Virus record (IMG/VR): IMGVR_UViG_3300024358_000009 | Coordinates: 142,327-206,326 of that record | DNA: 64,000 bases | Strand: one strand, 5' to 3' | Shown here: positions 63,783 through 64,000 of the stretch, piece by piece | How positions within the stretch are numbered: the stretch's first letter is position 1 | How the letters are laid out: each line of letters opens with the position of its first letter | Position numbers and translations under genes: made by a program | Notes under the pieces: generated by a model | What the model was told of the DNA's origin: nothing | Seen by the model: only the letters and a program-made list of their open reading frames with translations | Databases searched by the model: none

Positions 63783-64000
63783 ATGTTCTGTATATTAGTG
63801 ATTATAGATCCGCTACTGGTTATGCAAAAGCTGCTATTGAATATATTAGAAGCCTAAATACTATTGGTATAAATACTTTTTGTAGACCATTGATTTTTGA
63901 TAAAAGAAACTTAGAAAAAATACCAGAAGATATAGAAAACATAGAAAAAAAAGAACCTAATAATATTGATGTAATTATTCAGCATACACTACCAAATCAT
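63779..64000 (+). CDS. Glycosyltransferase (partial, runs off the window)
   Basis: MNVLYI...TGYAKAA...QHTLP. Confidence 0.65.
   Translation, partial: MNVLYISDYRSATGYAKAAIEYIRSLNTIGINTFCRPLIFDKRNLEKIPEDIENIEKKEPNNIDVIIQHTLPNH

Noticed and set aside
1-64000. Stop-codon reassignment
   Set aside because: Conserved genes are intact in code 11, with TAA, TAG and TGA all used as stops. The DnaE breaks are explained by intervening genes.

Overview
A 64-kb segment of a large, AT-rich, probably lytic dsDNA phage, read in the standard genetic code. No capsid or tail genes and no CRISPR array are visible. A Tat-signalled DUF1501 gene and other genes suggest a Planctomycetota-like host (inference). Layout: (i) 1-18.7 kb, many small + strand hypothetical ORFs, a DUF932 gene, two tRNA-Leu(UAA) genes and a tRNA-Ile2(CAU) split by a 751-nt group I intron whose HNH endonuclease ORF reads through the ribozyme core; (ii) 18.7-42 kb, accessory and host-takeover genes (C5 DNA methyltransferase with a nested out-of-frame ORF, CmoA-like enzyme, CsrA, DUF1501, PduO, ATE/Bpt-like transferase, peptide deformylase, DenV-like glycosylase, ThyX, C1 peptidase, many glycosyl- and methyltransferases); (iii) 42.8-64 kb, nucleotide metabolism and replication (NrdJ, RecA, DnaB, DnaG, dNMP kinase, SSB and a DnaE encoded in three pieces, the last two joined by a naturally split intein around a Vsr-like homing endonuclease). 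Best leads: two covarying D-armless tRNA-like elements ending in ACCA; about 23 copies of a sigma28-like promoter (TAAA-N17-CGAATAA); the tRNA intron; the tripartite DnaE; a Dcm plus CmoA-like module with altered cofactor-binding residues; and candidate small RNAs with anti-Shine-Dalgarno or GGA loops. All family assignments are from motif recognition by eye; no database search was run.
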